NCBI GenBank assembly: GCA_029257185.1
Contig: JARICT010000082.1
Span: 9,100 to 73,099 of the forward strand
Origin: Quadrisphaera sp.
GTDB taxonomy: Bacteria > Actinomycetota > Actinomycetes > Actinomycetales > Quadrisphaeraceae
DNA: 64,000 nt
Reading direction: 5' to 3'
Each line of letters starts with the position of its first letter. Position 1 is the stretch's first letter. Shown one piece after another: positions 26,393-34,700 of the stretch. The notes under the pieces were generated by a model. That model was not told where the DNA came from and ran no database searches. It saw only the letters and a program-made list of their open reading frames with translations. The translations under genes and the position numbers were made by a program.

Positions 26393-27714
26393 CGCCGGGC
26401 CCTCCCCGACGAGGCGTGGCGCAGGGGCCCGGCGGCGACGTCCCGCCGGGCGAGCACCTCGGCGAAGGCCTCCTCCGTGGCGGCGGCCACCCGGTCCCAG
26501 CCGTAGCGCTCCACGACGCGGGCCCGTGCCGCCCGTCCGTACCGTGCGGCGAGGGTCGGGTCGGCCAGCAGCGGGGCGAGCGCCGCCGCCAGCGCCGCGG
26601 GATCGCGCGGGGGCACGAGCTCCCCGGTCACGCCGGGCGTCACGGTGTCGAGGAGCCCGCCCACGGCGCTGCCGACCACGGGGACGCCGCACGCCATGGC
26701 CTCCAGCGGCACCAGGCCGAACGGCTCGTACCAGGGGGTGGCCACGACGGCGTCGGCGCTGCGCAGCACCGCCGGCAGGTCGGCGTGGTCCACGCGTCCC
26801 ACCAGGTGCACGCGCTCGCCCACACCGAGGTCGCCGGCGAGCGCCCGGAGCCGCACCGCCTCGGGGTCGCGGCCCAGGTCCTCGCGCTCCCCGCCGCCGA
26901 CCACCACCAGCTCGGTGCCCTCGAGCACGGGCAGGGCCCGCACGATGGTGTCCACGCCCTTGCGCTCCACGAGCCTCGAGACGCTCACCAGCCGGTGGCG
27001 CAGCCCGCGAGCGGCGTCCGGTACCGGCAGCGCGCGCGGCCCGTCGGGGCAGAAGTGCTCGACGTCCACGCCGCACGGCACCACCCGCAGGGGCGCGAGG
27101 AGGTCGTCCGTGAGGCTCTCGAAGGGGTCCGAGGAGGCCACGTCCGCACCCGCGGAGGCGTCGCAGAGGACGAGGTCGACGAGCTCGGCCACCTCGTCGG
27201 TGCAGGTGGCGACCACGAGGTCCGCCTCGCGCGCCAGCGCCGCCTCCAGGCGGACGCGCACGAGCGGCGAGGAGTCGTCGTCGCCCTGGTGGCGGCGCTT
27301 GACGCTGCCGAGCGCGTGGAAGGTCACCGCGACCGGCACCCCGGTGGCGCGCCCGGCCTCCAGCGCCGCCACCCCGGACATCCAGAAGTGGGCGTGCACC
27401 ACGTCGGGCGCGAGCAGCGGGTCGGACCAGCGGCGGACCAGCTCGGCGGCGAAGGCGGGCATCCAGACGAGGAGGTCGTCCTTGGGCAGCGCCCTGGGGG
27501 GCCCGGCGTCCACGTGGACGACGTCGACGCCCGGGAGCATCGTCACGCGCTGCGCCGCGGACGCGTCGTCGCGGCGGGTGAACACCTCGACGTCGTGCCC
27601 GCGCCGCGCGAGCGCCGTGGCGAGCGCGGCGACGTGCACGTTCTGCCCCCCGGCGTCCACGCCGCCGAGCGCGGCCAGGGGGCTGGCGTGCTCGGAGACC
27701 ATCGCGACCCTCAC
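26389..27714 (-). CDS. glycosyltransferase family 4 (GT-B, MshA-like)
   Basis: VSEHASPLAALGGVDAGGQNVHV..LA.AL..RGH.V.VFT at the N-terminus, then ...SRLVERKG...PWYEPFGLVPLEAMACGVPVV (EX7E). The GTG at 27714 overlaps the upstream stop. The ATG at 27702 is an alternative start. Confidence 0.85.
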   Translation of the reverse strand: MRVAMVSEHASPLAALGGVDAGGQNVHVAALATALARRGHDVEVFTRRDDASAAQRVTMLPGVDVVHVDAGPPRALPKDDLLVWMPAFAAELVRRWSDPLLAPDVVHAHFWMSGVAALEAGRATGVPVAVTFHALGSVKRRHQGDDDSSPLVRVRLEAALAREADLVVATCTDEVAELVDLVLCDASAGADVASSDPFESLTDDLLAPLRVVPCGVDVEHFCPDGPRALPVPDAARGLRHRLVSVSRLVERKGVDTIVRALPVLEGTELVVVGGGEREDLGRDPEAVRLRALAGDLGVGERVHLVGRVDHADLPAVLRSADAVVATPWYEPFGLVPLEAMACGVPVVGSAVGGLLDTVTPGVTGELVPPRDPAALAAALAPLLADPTLAARYGRAARARVVERYGWDRVAAATEEAFAEVLARRDVAAGPLRHASSGRARR

Positions 27715-28715
27715 GGCCGTCCCGCCACGGTGTCCTCCAGGAGGTGGTCGAGGTCGCAGAGGAAGCGGGAGATGCCGAAGCGGGCCAGGGCGTGCTCGCG
27801 CGCCCCGGCCCCGCGCTCCGCCGCCTCTGCGCGGTCGGCGACCCACCGGTGGGCGGTCTCGGCGAGGACCCGGGGGTCGTTGGACAGGACGCCGGCGCCG
27901 GCGGGCACGGACTCGGGGGCGGCGGTGGTCGCGAGGGCGAGCACCGGGGAGCCGAGGGTCATGGCCTCGACGAGCGCGAGGCCGAGCGACGTCCACCGGT
28001 AGGGGTGCAGGTAGCCGCGGTGGTGCGCGAGCGCCGGGTGCAGGTCGCCCTGGGGGAGGTCCTCGACGGTGCGCCCGGCCAGGTGCGGCGCGGCGCCGAC
28101 GAGGGCGTCCATCCCCATGCCGTAGACGCCGAGAGGCACGCCGTGGCCGCCCGGCGCCGGGGCGCTGAGGGCGACGACGAGGTCGGTGCCGGCCACGCGC
28201 CACCGGCGCACGGGCTCGTTGACCACCACCGCGAAGGACTCCTGCTCCCCGGTCCAGAGCGGCCCGGGGTCCAGGACGCCGTGCTCGAGGACGTGCGTGG
28301 GCGCGCCGTCGGCGTCCCACATGACGGCGTTGAACGCGGTGACGTGCACCAGCGGCAGCACCGGCGCCCCGGCGGCGCGCTGCGCGGCGGGCATCGGGTG
28401 GACGCTGCGCGCGGCGTGCTCGGTCGGTGCGTTGTGCTCGACGTAGAGCGCCGGCACGTCAGCGCCGGCGACCAGCCCGGTCCACTCGCGCAGTAGGGCG
28501 GCCTCGTGGGGGCGCTGCAGCACCACCACGTCGGGGGGCTCGTCCGCGAGGACGTGCGGTGACACCTCGACGGCGGAGGCAGGCCAGTCCCAGGTGCGCG
28601 CGCGACCTCGCCCGTCGGGCCCTCGGGCGTCGTCCACGGGGAGGAGGTAGGTGTGGTCGCCCTGGACCAGCGAGGTGGTCCACGAGCCGTGCACGTGCCA
28701 CGACAGGACCCTCAC
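27711..28715 (-). CDS. glycosyltransferase (GT-B / GT4-like, divergent)
   Basis: The C-terminal half, YLHPYRWTSLGLALVEAMTLGSPVLAL, resembles the GT4 nucleotide-sugar binding region. The N-terminal half is divergent. The GTG at 28715 overlaps the upstream stop. Confidence 0.6.
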   Translation of the reverse strand: MRVLSWHVHGSWTTSLVQGDHTYLLPVDDARGPDGRGRARTWDWPASAVEVSPHVLADEPPDVVVLQRPHEAALLREWTGLVAGADVPALYVEHNAPTEHAARSVHPMPAAQRAAGAPVLPLVHVTAFNAVMWDADGAPTHVLEHGVLDPGPLWTGEQESFAVVVNEPVRRWRVAGTDLVVALSAPAPGGHGVPLGVYGMGMDALVGAAPHLAGRTVEDLPQGDLHPALAHHRGYLHPYRWTSLGLALVEAMTLGSPVLALATTAAPESVPAGAGVLSNDPRVLAETAHRWVADRAEAAERGAGAREHALARFGISRFLCDLDHLLEDTVAGRP

Positions 28716-29860
28716 GACGCCGCCCCCGCCAGGCTGGCGCCGCCGAGGTCCGACGGAGCGATCCCGGCCGCGAGCCGGTCCACGGCGGCGACCACCTCTG
28801 CGGGGTCCACGGCGAGGCAGGGGTGGCCGGGGACGGGGCAGTGCCGGGCCCGCGTGAGGCGGCACGGTGCGTCCTGGTCCCCGAGGACCGCGCTGGGCAC
28901 GCCGAACGGGGCCCACCGCTCACGGGGCACCACGGCGGAGAACCAGCAGGCCACGGGGGTGCCCACGGCGGCCGCCAGGTGGGCCGGGCCGGTGTTGCCG
29001 ACCACCGCGGCGCGGGCGCCGGCGAGCAGGACGGCCAGGCCCTCGAGGTCGGTGCGCCCGGAGACGTCGAGGGAGCCTGGCGCGGCGGCGCAGACGTCGG
29101 CGGCGAGGGCCAGCTCCGCCGGGCCGCCGGTGACGACCACGGCCCACCCGTCCGCCGCCAGCGCCGCGGCGGTGTCGGCGGCCACGGCGGGAGAAGGGGC
29201 GCGCGCCGGCACGGACGCGCCGGGGTGGACCACGACGTAGCCCCGGCGCTCCGGCCTCGACCCCGAGGCACGCACCACCGTGTCGAGGTCAGCGCGCAGA
29301 TCCTCCGGCAGCGGGCGAAGGCCGGCGCGCAGGGCCAGGCGGACGTCGTCGGGGCGGGGCACCGCTCGGCCGCTGGCGGCGACGAGCGCGAGGTTGGCGA
29401 CCACCTCGTGCTCGCCGCCGCTGCCGTCCGGTGCGCCGGGGCGACGGTGGCGCACGTCGAGCAGCGAGCCGGGGTAGTCCTCGCTGGCGCCCACCACGCG
29501 GGGCACCCCGGCCATGCGGGCGATCAGCGCGATCGGCAGCGGCGACTGGTGGTAGGAGGTGAAGACGACCACCTCGTCGTACGGGCGGGCGCGCAGCTCC
29601 TCGACGAGGTGCAGGAGCGCTGCGGGGTCCGGCGCGGGCGGGGCGTACCCGGCCCACGGCACGTCCGCGACCACCACGTCGTCCACCCCGGGCAGCAGGC
29701 GCGCGGCGGCGGCGCCCGCGGGCGCGGCGAGCAGGTCCACGCGTGCCGCTCGCGCGCCGTCAGGCCCGTGGCGCAGGGCGCGGACGGCAGGTCCGGTCAT
29801 GAGCACGTCGCCGTCGCTGTCGGTGCGCACCGCCAGGACGCGCAGGCCGCCGGCCGTCAT
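28712..29860 (-). CDS. glycosyltransferase family 9 (heptosyltransferase-type)
   Basis: LRVLAVRTDSDGDVLMTGPAVRAL...VVVHPGASVPARAP......L...G..VVVTGGP.E...LLAGARAAVVGNTGPAHLAAAVGTPV. The ATG at 29858-29860 overlaps the upstream stop. Confidence 0.8.
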   Translation of the reverse strand: MTAGGLRVLAVRTDSDGDVLMTGPAVRALRHGPDGARAARVDLLAAPAGAAAARLLPGVDDVVVADVPWAGYAPPAPDPAALLHLVEELRARPYDEVVVFTSYHQSPLPIALIARMAGVPRVVGASEDYPGSLLDVRHRRPGAPDGSGGEHEVVANLALVAASGRAVPRPDDVRLALRAGLRPLPEDLRADLDTVVRASGSRPERRGYVVVHPGASVPARAPSPAVAADTAAALAADGWAVVVTGGPAELALAADVCAAAPGSLDVSGRTDLEGLAVLLAGARAAVVGNTGPAHLAAAVGTPVACWFSAVVPRERWAPFGVPSAVLGDQDAPCRLTRARHCPVPGHPCLAVDPAEVVAAVDRLAAGIAPSDLGGASLAGAAS

Positions 29861-31380
29861 CGCCGGGCCGCCAGCACCAGAGAGACCGCTCCCGCCAGGT
29901 CGCGGGCGACGTGCTCCGCGGCGTCGACCTCCTCGCGGCGGGTGAGCGCGGTGGGGACGAGCACGCCCAGCGCCCCCGCGGCCTGCGCGGCGCCGACGTC
30001 CGCGCCGATGTCGCCGACGACGGCCACCCGGTCCGGGGTCAGGCCCAGCGCCGCCGCGCCCGCCAGCACCATGCCGGGGGCCGGCTTGCGGCAGGAGCAC
30101 CCGTCGTCGGCGGCGTGCGGGCAGACCTGCCAGGTGTCGAACGGCCCGACCGCGGCGTCGACGGCGGCGTTGACCGCGCCCGCCTGCTCGGCGGTGATGA
30201 GGCCCCGGCCGATGCCGGACTGGTTGGTGACCACCCCGACGGCCACGCCGGCGTCGCGCAACGCCGCGACGGCCTCGCGAGCGCCCTCGACCGGGTCCAC
30301 GAGCGCGGGGTCGCCGTTGTAGGGCACGTCGTGGACGAGCGTGCCGTCGCGGTCGAAGAGCACGCCGGCGATCTGCTGGTCCTCGCGGCTCCGGAGCGGC
30401 TGCGCGCCGCGGTGGGCCAGCTCTCCGCGCAGCCGGTGGGCCACCGCGGCGAAGGGGATGGCCGCCGACGTGGCGGTCATGACGCCGATCTCGCCCGCGG
30501 TGCGCGGGCCGGGGGCGATGCGGCGGCGTGCGAAGTCGGCGGTCAGCGCCGCCCAGGTGCCCGCCCCGGCGAGCGCGAGAGCGCGGCGCCGCGTCACGGC
30601 GGCGCCCACGGCGAGGGCCGCGGCGCCGACGGTGGCGGCGTGCCACGGCAGGCGGCCCGGCGGGGCGTGGGCGTCGGTGCGCCACGACCGGCCGTGCAGG
30701 GCGCGCATGAGGACGTCGTCGGCGTTGCCCTTCTGGACGCGCAGGCTGTGCCAGCGGTGCATCGGGCGGGTCGGGTGCAGGGTCGTCCGGGCTCCGCGCA
30801 CCAGCGCCCAGCCGGAGCGCTCGACGCGCAGCGCCAGGTCGGCGTCCTCGCGGTAGGCCCGGGGGAAGCGCTCGTCGAAGCCGCCGACGGCGACCAGGGC
30901 CTCGCGGCGGGACGCCATGTCGGCGGTCGCCCACGCCGCGCCCTCGAGGCCCTTGGTGCCGCGCTCGGCGTCGGTGGGGCGCCGGCCGGCCGGCAGCGGC
31001 ACGCTCAGACGGCCCTGCACCCCGCCGGTGCTCGGCGTCGCCCCCGCCAGGTCGGCCTCCAGGGCGAGCGCCCAGCCGTCGGGCAGCTCCACGTCGTCGT
31101 CGAGGAAGACCGTCCACGGCGCGCGGGTGGCGCGCCACCCGGCGTTGCGGGCCGCCGCGGGGCCGCGCCCCCCGCGGGGGCCGCCGGAGGAGACCACGAC
31201 GAGCGGCCACGGCGCGTCCACGCCCGTGAGGTCCAGCGGCGGGGCGGCGGCCGGGCGGTCGTCGGCGAGGACCACCCGTCCGGGAGCGCCGCCACCGTCC
31301 TGCGCGGCGAGGGTCTGGAGCAGGCGCAGCAGGCTCGGGCGTCCGATGGTCGGGATGACGACGTCGTGGACGCCACTCAC
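29857..31380 (-). CDS. fusion: glycosyltransferase family 2 + hydrophobic linker + D,D-heptose 1,7-bisphosphate phosphatase (GmhB, HAD-IIIA)
   Basis: This is one frame with no stop. The GT-A part is VVIPTIGRPSLL..LQTLAAQ...FLDDDVELPDGW. Two hydrophobic segments follow (AATVGAAALAVGAAV and GVMTATSAAIPFAAV). The GmhB motifs are VLFDRDGTLV, VVTNQSGIGRG, CPH..DDGCSCRKPAPGM and VVGDIGADV. The GTG at 31380 overlaps the upstream stop. Confidence 0.75.
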   Translation of the reverse strand: MSGVHDVVIPTIGRPSLLRLLQTLAAQDGGGAPGRVVLADDRPAAAPPLDLTGVDAPWPLVVVSSGGPRGGRGPAAARNAGWRATRAPWTVFLDDDVELPDGWALALEADLAGATPSTGGVQGRLSVPLPAGRRPTDAERGTKGLEGAAWATADMASRREALVAVGGFDERFPRAYREDADLALRVERSGWALVRGARTTLHPTRPMHRWHSLRVQKGNADDVLMRALHGRSWRTDAHAPPGRLPWHAATVGAAALAVGAAVTRRRALALAGAGTWAALTADFARRRIAPGPRTAGEIGVMTATSAAIPFAAVAHRLRGELAHRGAQPLRSREDQQIAGVLFDRDGTLVHDVPYNGDPALVDPVEGAREAVAALRDAGVAVGVVTNQSGIGRGLITAEQAGAVNAAVDAAVGPFDTWQVCPHAADDGCSCRKPAPGMVLAGAAALGLTPDRVAVVGDIGADVGAAQAAGALGVLVPTALTRREEVDAAEHVARDLAGAVSLVLAARR

Positions 31381-33029
31381 CGTCCGCCGCCGAACAGGGC
31401 GGCGCGCCGGACGAGGTGGGGCCCGAGGACGAGGGCGTCGACGGGGGCGGAGCCGAAGAGCTCGAGGGCGTCGCGCGGGTCGTCGACCATGGGCCGCCCC
31501 GCGGTGTTGAGCGAGGTGTTCACCAGCACGGGCAGCCCGGTGCGCTCCTCGAAGGCCCGCAGCAGGTCCGCGACGGCGGGGTTGGTGGTGTCGTCCACGG
31601 TCTGGATCCGAGCGGTGCCGTCGACGTGGACGACCGCCGGGATGCGCTCGCGCCACGCCGGGTCCACGTCGTGGACGAACAGCATGTAGGGGCTCGGGAT
31701 CGGGCCGCCCGAGAAGATGTCGGCGGCGCGCTCGGTGAGCACCATCGGGGCGATCGGGCGGAACTGCTCGCGACCCTTGACATCGTTCATCCGCTCGACG
31801 TTGGCGGCGTGGCCGGGGTGGGCGAGCAGCGAGCGGTACCCCAGGGCTCGCGGGCCGAACTCCGAACGCCCCGAGAACCAGGCGATCACCCCGTCGGCGG
31901 CGAGCACGTCGGCGACCTCCCCGGACAGGTCCTCCGGCGTGGTGAAGGGAACCTCGGCGCGGTCCAGCCACGCGGCCAGCGCGTCATCGGAGAAGCCCCG
32001 GCCCAGCGCCGGGCTGGCCACGGGGGTGATCTCGTCACCATGGTCGACCGCGACGCTCAGCGCGGCCCCGAGCGCCGTGCCCGAGTCCCCGGCGGCGGGC
32101 TGCACCCACACGGACTCGAACGGGGTCTCGCGCCAGATGACGGTGTTGGCGACGCAGTTCAGCGCCGTGCCGCCGGCCATCGTCAGCAGCGTGTCGCCCG
32201 TCCTGCCGTGGAGCCAGGTGGCGAGGTCGACGAGGACCTCCTGCGTCAGCGCCTGCACCGACGCCGCGAGGTCGGCGTGCTCGGGAAGCCAGTCCTCGGC
32301 GTCGGGGCTGCGCCGCGGTGCCCAGCGTGTCCAGTCCGGCTCGGGCGCGACGAAGGAGCCGTCCCCGGTGGCGTGGACGCCCTCCCGCAGCTCGGCGAGG
32401 TGGCGCGGCGTGCCGTAGGAGGCCATCGCCATGACCTTGAACTCGTCCGACGAGCGCAGAAAACCCAGGTGCTCCGTGAGGGACTCGTACAGCAGGCCCA
32501 TCGAGTGCGGCAGGTCGGTCGTCGCGAGGACGTCCAGCTTCCCGTCGGTGTAACGCCCGGACAGGTGCGAGGCGCGCTCGCCACGACCGTCCAGGACGAG
32601 GACGCTGCCGGTCGTCGACGGCCCCGCCAGCCCGCTGGAGGCCGCGTGGGCGACGTGGTGGGGGACGTGGACCACGACGCTCGGGTCCAGCCCGGGCAGC
32701 GCCGCGGCGAGGAAGCCCGGTGCCCGCTGGGCGTAGGTGGTGCGCAGGTGGTCCCAGGGGTCGTCCAGGCCCATCTCGGCGGCGTCGCGGCACAGCGCGG
32801 GGTCGTAGGCGTAGGCGACGGCGTCGAGGTCCCCGACGGTGGCGCCGGCCTCCTCCAGGCACCAGGCCATGGCGAGCTCCGGCAGCTCCCACGCGGCGAA
32901 GGGCACGGGGCGCTTGCCGTGCTTGCGGCGGCTGAAGCGCTCCTCCTCGGCGGCCGCCACCACCACGCCGTCGACCACCAGGGCGGCCGAGGAGTCGTGG
33001 AAGACCGCGTTGACGCCCAGCACCTTCAT
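31377..33029 (-). CDS. carbamoyltransferase (NodU/CmcH/TobZ family)
   Basis: MKVLGVNAVFHDSSAALVVDG.VV.AAEEERFSRRKH...HH.AHAAS...NTSLN..G.P.V is the N-terminal Kae1-like plus C-terminal YrdC-like carbamoyltransferase pattern. The ATG at 33027-33029 was verified. Confidence 0.85.
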   Translation of the reverse strand: MKVLGVNAVFHDSSAALVVDGVVVAAAEEERFSRRKHGKRPVPFAAWELPELAMAWCLEEAGATVGDLDAVAYAYDPALCRDAAEMGLDDPWDHLRTTYAQRAPGFLAAALPGLDPSVVVHVPHHVAHAASSGLAGPSTTGSVLVLDGRGERASHLSGRYTDGKLDVLATTDLPHSMGLLYESLTEHLGFLRSSDEFKVMAMASYGTPRHLAELREGVHATGDGSFVAPEPDWTRWAPRRSPDAEDWLPEHADLAASVQALTQEVLVDLATWLHGRTGDTLLTMAGGTALNCVANTVIWRETPFESVWVQPAAGDSGTALGAALSVAVDHGDEITPVASPALGRGFSDDALAAWLDRAEVPFTTPEDLSGEVADVLAADGVIAWFSGRSEFGPRALGYRSLLAHPGHAANVERMNDVKGREQFRPIAPMVLTERAADIFSGGPIPSPYMLFVHDVDPAWRERIPAVVHVDGTARIQTVDDTTNPAVADLLRAFEERTGLPVLVNTSLNTAGRPMVDDPRDALELFGSAPVDALVLGPHLVRRAALFGGGR

Positions 33030-33101
33030 GGGTGCTGTTCTATCGGAGGTGCGGCCACTCGGCACGACGAGGTGCCCGAGCGCCCCACAGGGGCCCGGGC
33101 T

Positions 33102-33127
33102 GCGACCGTGCGACGACGCACGGTCGC
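33102..33127. promoter_or_regulatory. perfect 11-bp-stem / 4-nt-loop palindrome between the heptose operon and the aldehyde dehydrogenase gene
   Basis: GCGACCGTGCG-ACGA-CGCACGGTCGC lies 73-98 nt upstream of the carbamoyltransferase ATG and ~100 nt upstream of the ALDH start. Confidence 0.4.
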
Positions 33128-33227
33128 CGGAGGTGATCATGACACGAGGCGCGCGTGTTGATCAAGGAGGACATGAGAGTCGATCTTCTCGCGCCGCCCT
33201 CCGATCGCCGACCGCGCAGCCCTGGGG

Positions 33228-34649
33228 TTGGGTGTCCCGGTGCCCACCGACCCCGCCGCCCGCACCGTGACCACCACCGACCCGACGACCGGGGAGCCCG
33301 GCGCCGACGTCGTCTGCTCCAGCGACGCGGAGGTCGGGGCCGCGCTCGCCCGCGCCGACGCGGCACGGGCGGCGTGGGCCGCCACCCCGGCCGCCGAGCG
33401 GGCCGGGGCGCTGCGCGCCGCCGCGAGCGCGGTCCGCTCGGCCGCCCCGGACCTCGGCGCTCTGCTGACCGCCACCACCGGACGCCTGGTCGGGCAGTCG
33501 GTGGAGTCCGCCACCGTCGCCGCGGACCTCCTCGACGAGGCGGCCGTGACCGGCGTCCTCGACGCGGGACGGGCCTTGGCCGGGAACCCCCTCGCCCTCG
33601 ACGTCGTGCGCCGCGAGCCCCACGGCGTGGTCGCCGTGATCACCCCGTGGAACGACCCGTTCCCCGCGGCAGCCGGGCTGCTCGCGGCCGCGCTGGTCAC
33701 CGGGAACGCCGTCGTGCACAAGCCGTCCGAGCGCAGCTCCGCGCCCGGCGCCGCCCTGGCGTCGCTGATCGCGGCGGCCCTCCCGGCCGGCGCCCTGGAG
33801 GTGGTGACCGGTGACGGCGCGGTCGGAGAGCGGATCGTCGCGGACGAGCGGGTGCAGCTCGTGGCCCAGGTCGGCTCGACCGCCGCGGGGCGGAGCATCG
33901 CCGCGGCCACCGGGGCCCGCGGGGCGCGGTGCCTCGTGGAGAACGGCGGCAACGACCCGATCGTCGTCGACGACGGCGTCGACCCGGCGTGGGCGGCCGG
34001 GCAGATCGCTCTCGGGGCCTTCACCAACACCGGTCAGATCTGCACGGCGGTGGAGCGGGTGTACCTGCACGCCGGCGTCGCCGACGCGGTGCTCGCCGAG
34101 CTGGCGGCCCTGGCGGAGGCCACCGTGGTCGGCGACCCCGCCGAGGAGTCGACCACCCTGGGCCCGCTCGTCGACGAGCGGCAGCTCGCCCTCGTCGCCG
34201 CCCACGTCGAGCAGGCCGTCGGCGCCGGTGCCACCGTGCTGGCCGGAGGAGCCCGGCTCGAGCGACCCGGCAGCTTCTACCCCGCCACGGTGCTGAGCGG
34301 GTGCACCGAGGAGATGACGATCATGCGGGAGGAGACCTTCGGCCCGGTCGCCCCGGTGACCGTCGTGGCCACGTTCGACGAGGGCGTCGACCTCGCCGGC
34401 CGCGGGGACTTCGGGCTCGCCGCCACCGTGCTCACCCCGTCCACGGAGCGGGCTCTGGCGGCCGCGGCGCGGCTCGAGGTCGGCACCGTCAAGGTCAACG
34501 CCGTGTTCGGCGGCGCACCGGGCGGGTCCGCCGACCCGCGGCGCTCCTCCGGCTCCGGGCGCGGGTTCGGACCGGACCTGCTGGGCGAGATGACGGTGCT
34601 CAAGGCGGTGCACGTGGAGGCCGCCACGCTGGCGGGGCCGCGCCGCTAG
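33228..34649 (+). CDS. NAD(P)-dependent aldehyde dehydrogenase
   Basis: VVAVITPWNDPF, VHKPSE, the ENGGNDP (E-N-G-G) catalytic Glu region, TNTGQICTAVERVY (catalytic Cys) and EETFGPV. The start is TTG at 33228 or GTG at 33240. Confidence 0.85.
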   Translation: MGVPVPTDPAARTVTTTDPTTGEPGADVVCSSDAEVGAALARADAARAAWAATPAAERAGALRAAASAVRSAAPDLGALLTATTGRLVGQSVESATVAADLLDEAAVTGVLDAGRALAGNPLALDVVRREPHGVVAVITPWNDPFPAAAGLLAAALVTGNAVVHKPSERSSAPGAALASLIAAALPAGALEVVTGDGAVGERIVADERVQLVAQVGSTAAGRSIAAATGARGARCLVENGGNDPIVVDDGVDPAWAAGQIALGAFTNTGQICTAVERVYLHAGVADAVLAELAALAEATVVGDPAEESTTLGPLVDERQLALVAAHVEQAVGAGATVLAGGARLERPGSFYPATVLSGCTEEMTIMREETFGPVAPVTVVATFDEGVDLAGRGDFGLAATVLTPSTERALAAAARLEVGTVKVNAVFGGAPGGSADPRRSSGSGRGFGPDLLGEMTVLKAVHVEAATLAGPRR

Positions 34650-34700
34650 CCTGCACCGCACCGTCGCGCTGCCGGCGCGGTCACCGTTCCTGGAGGTCAC

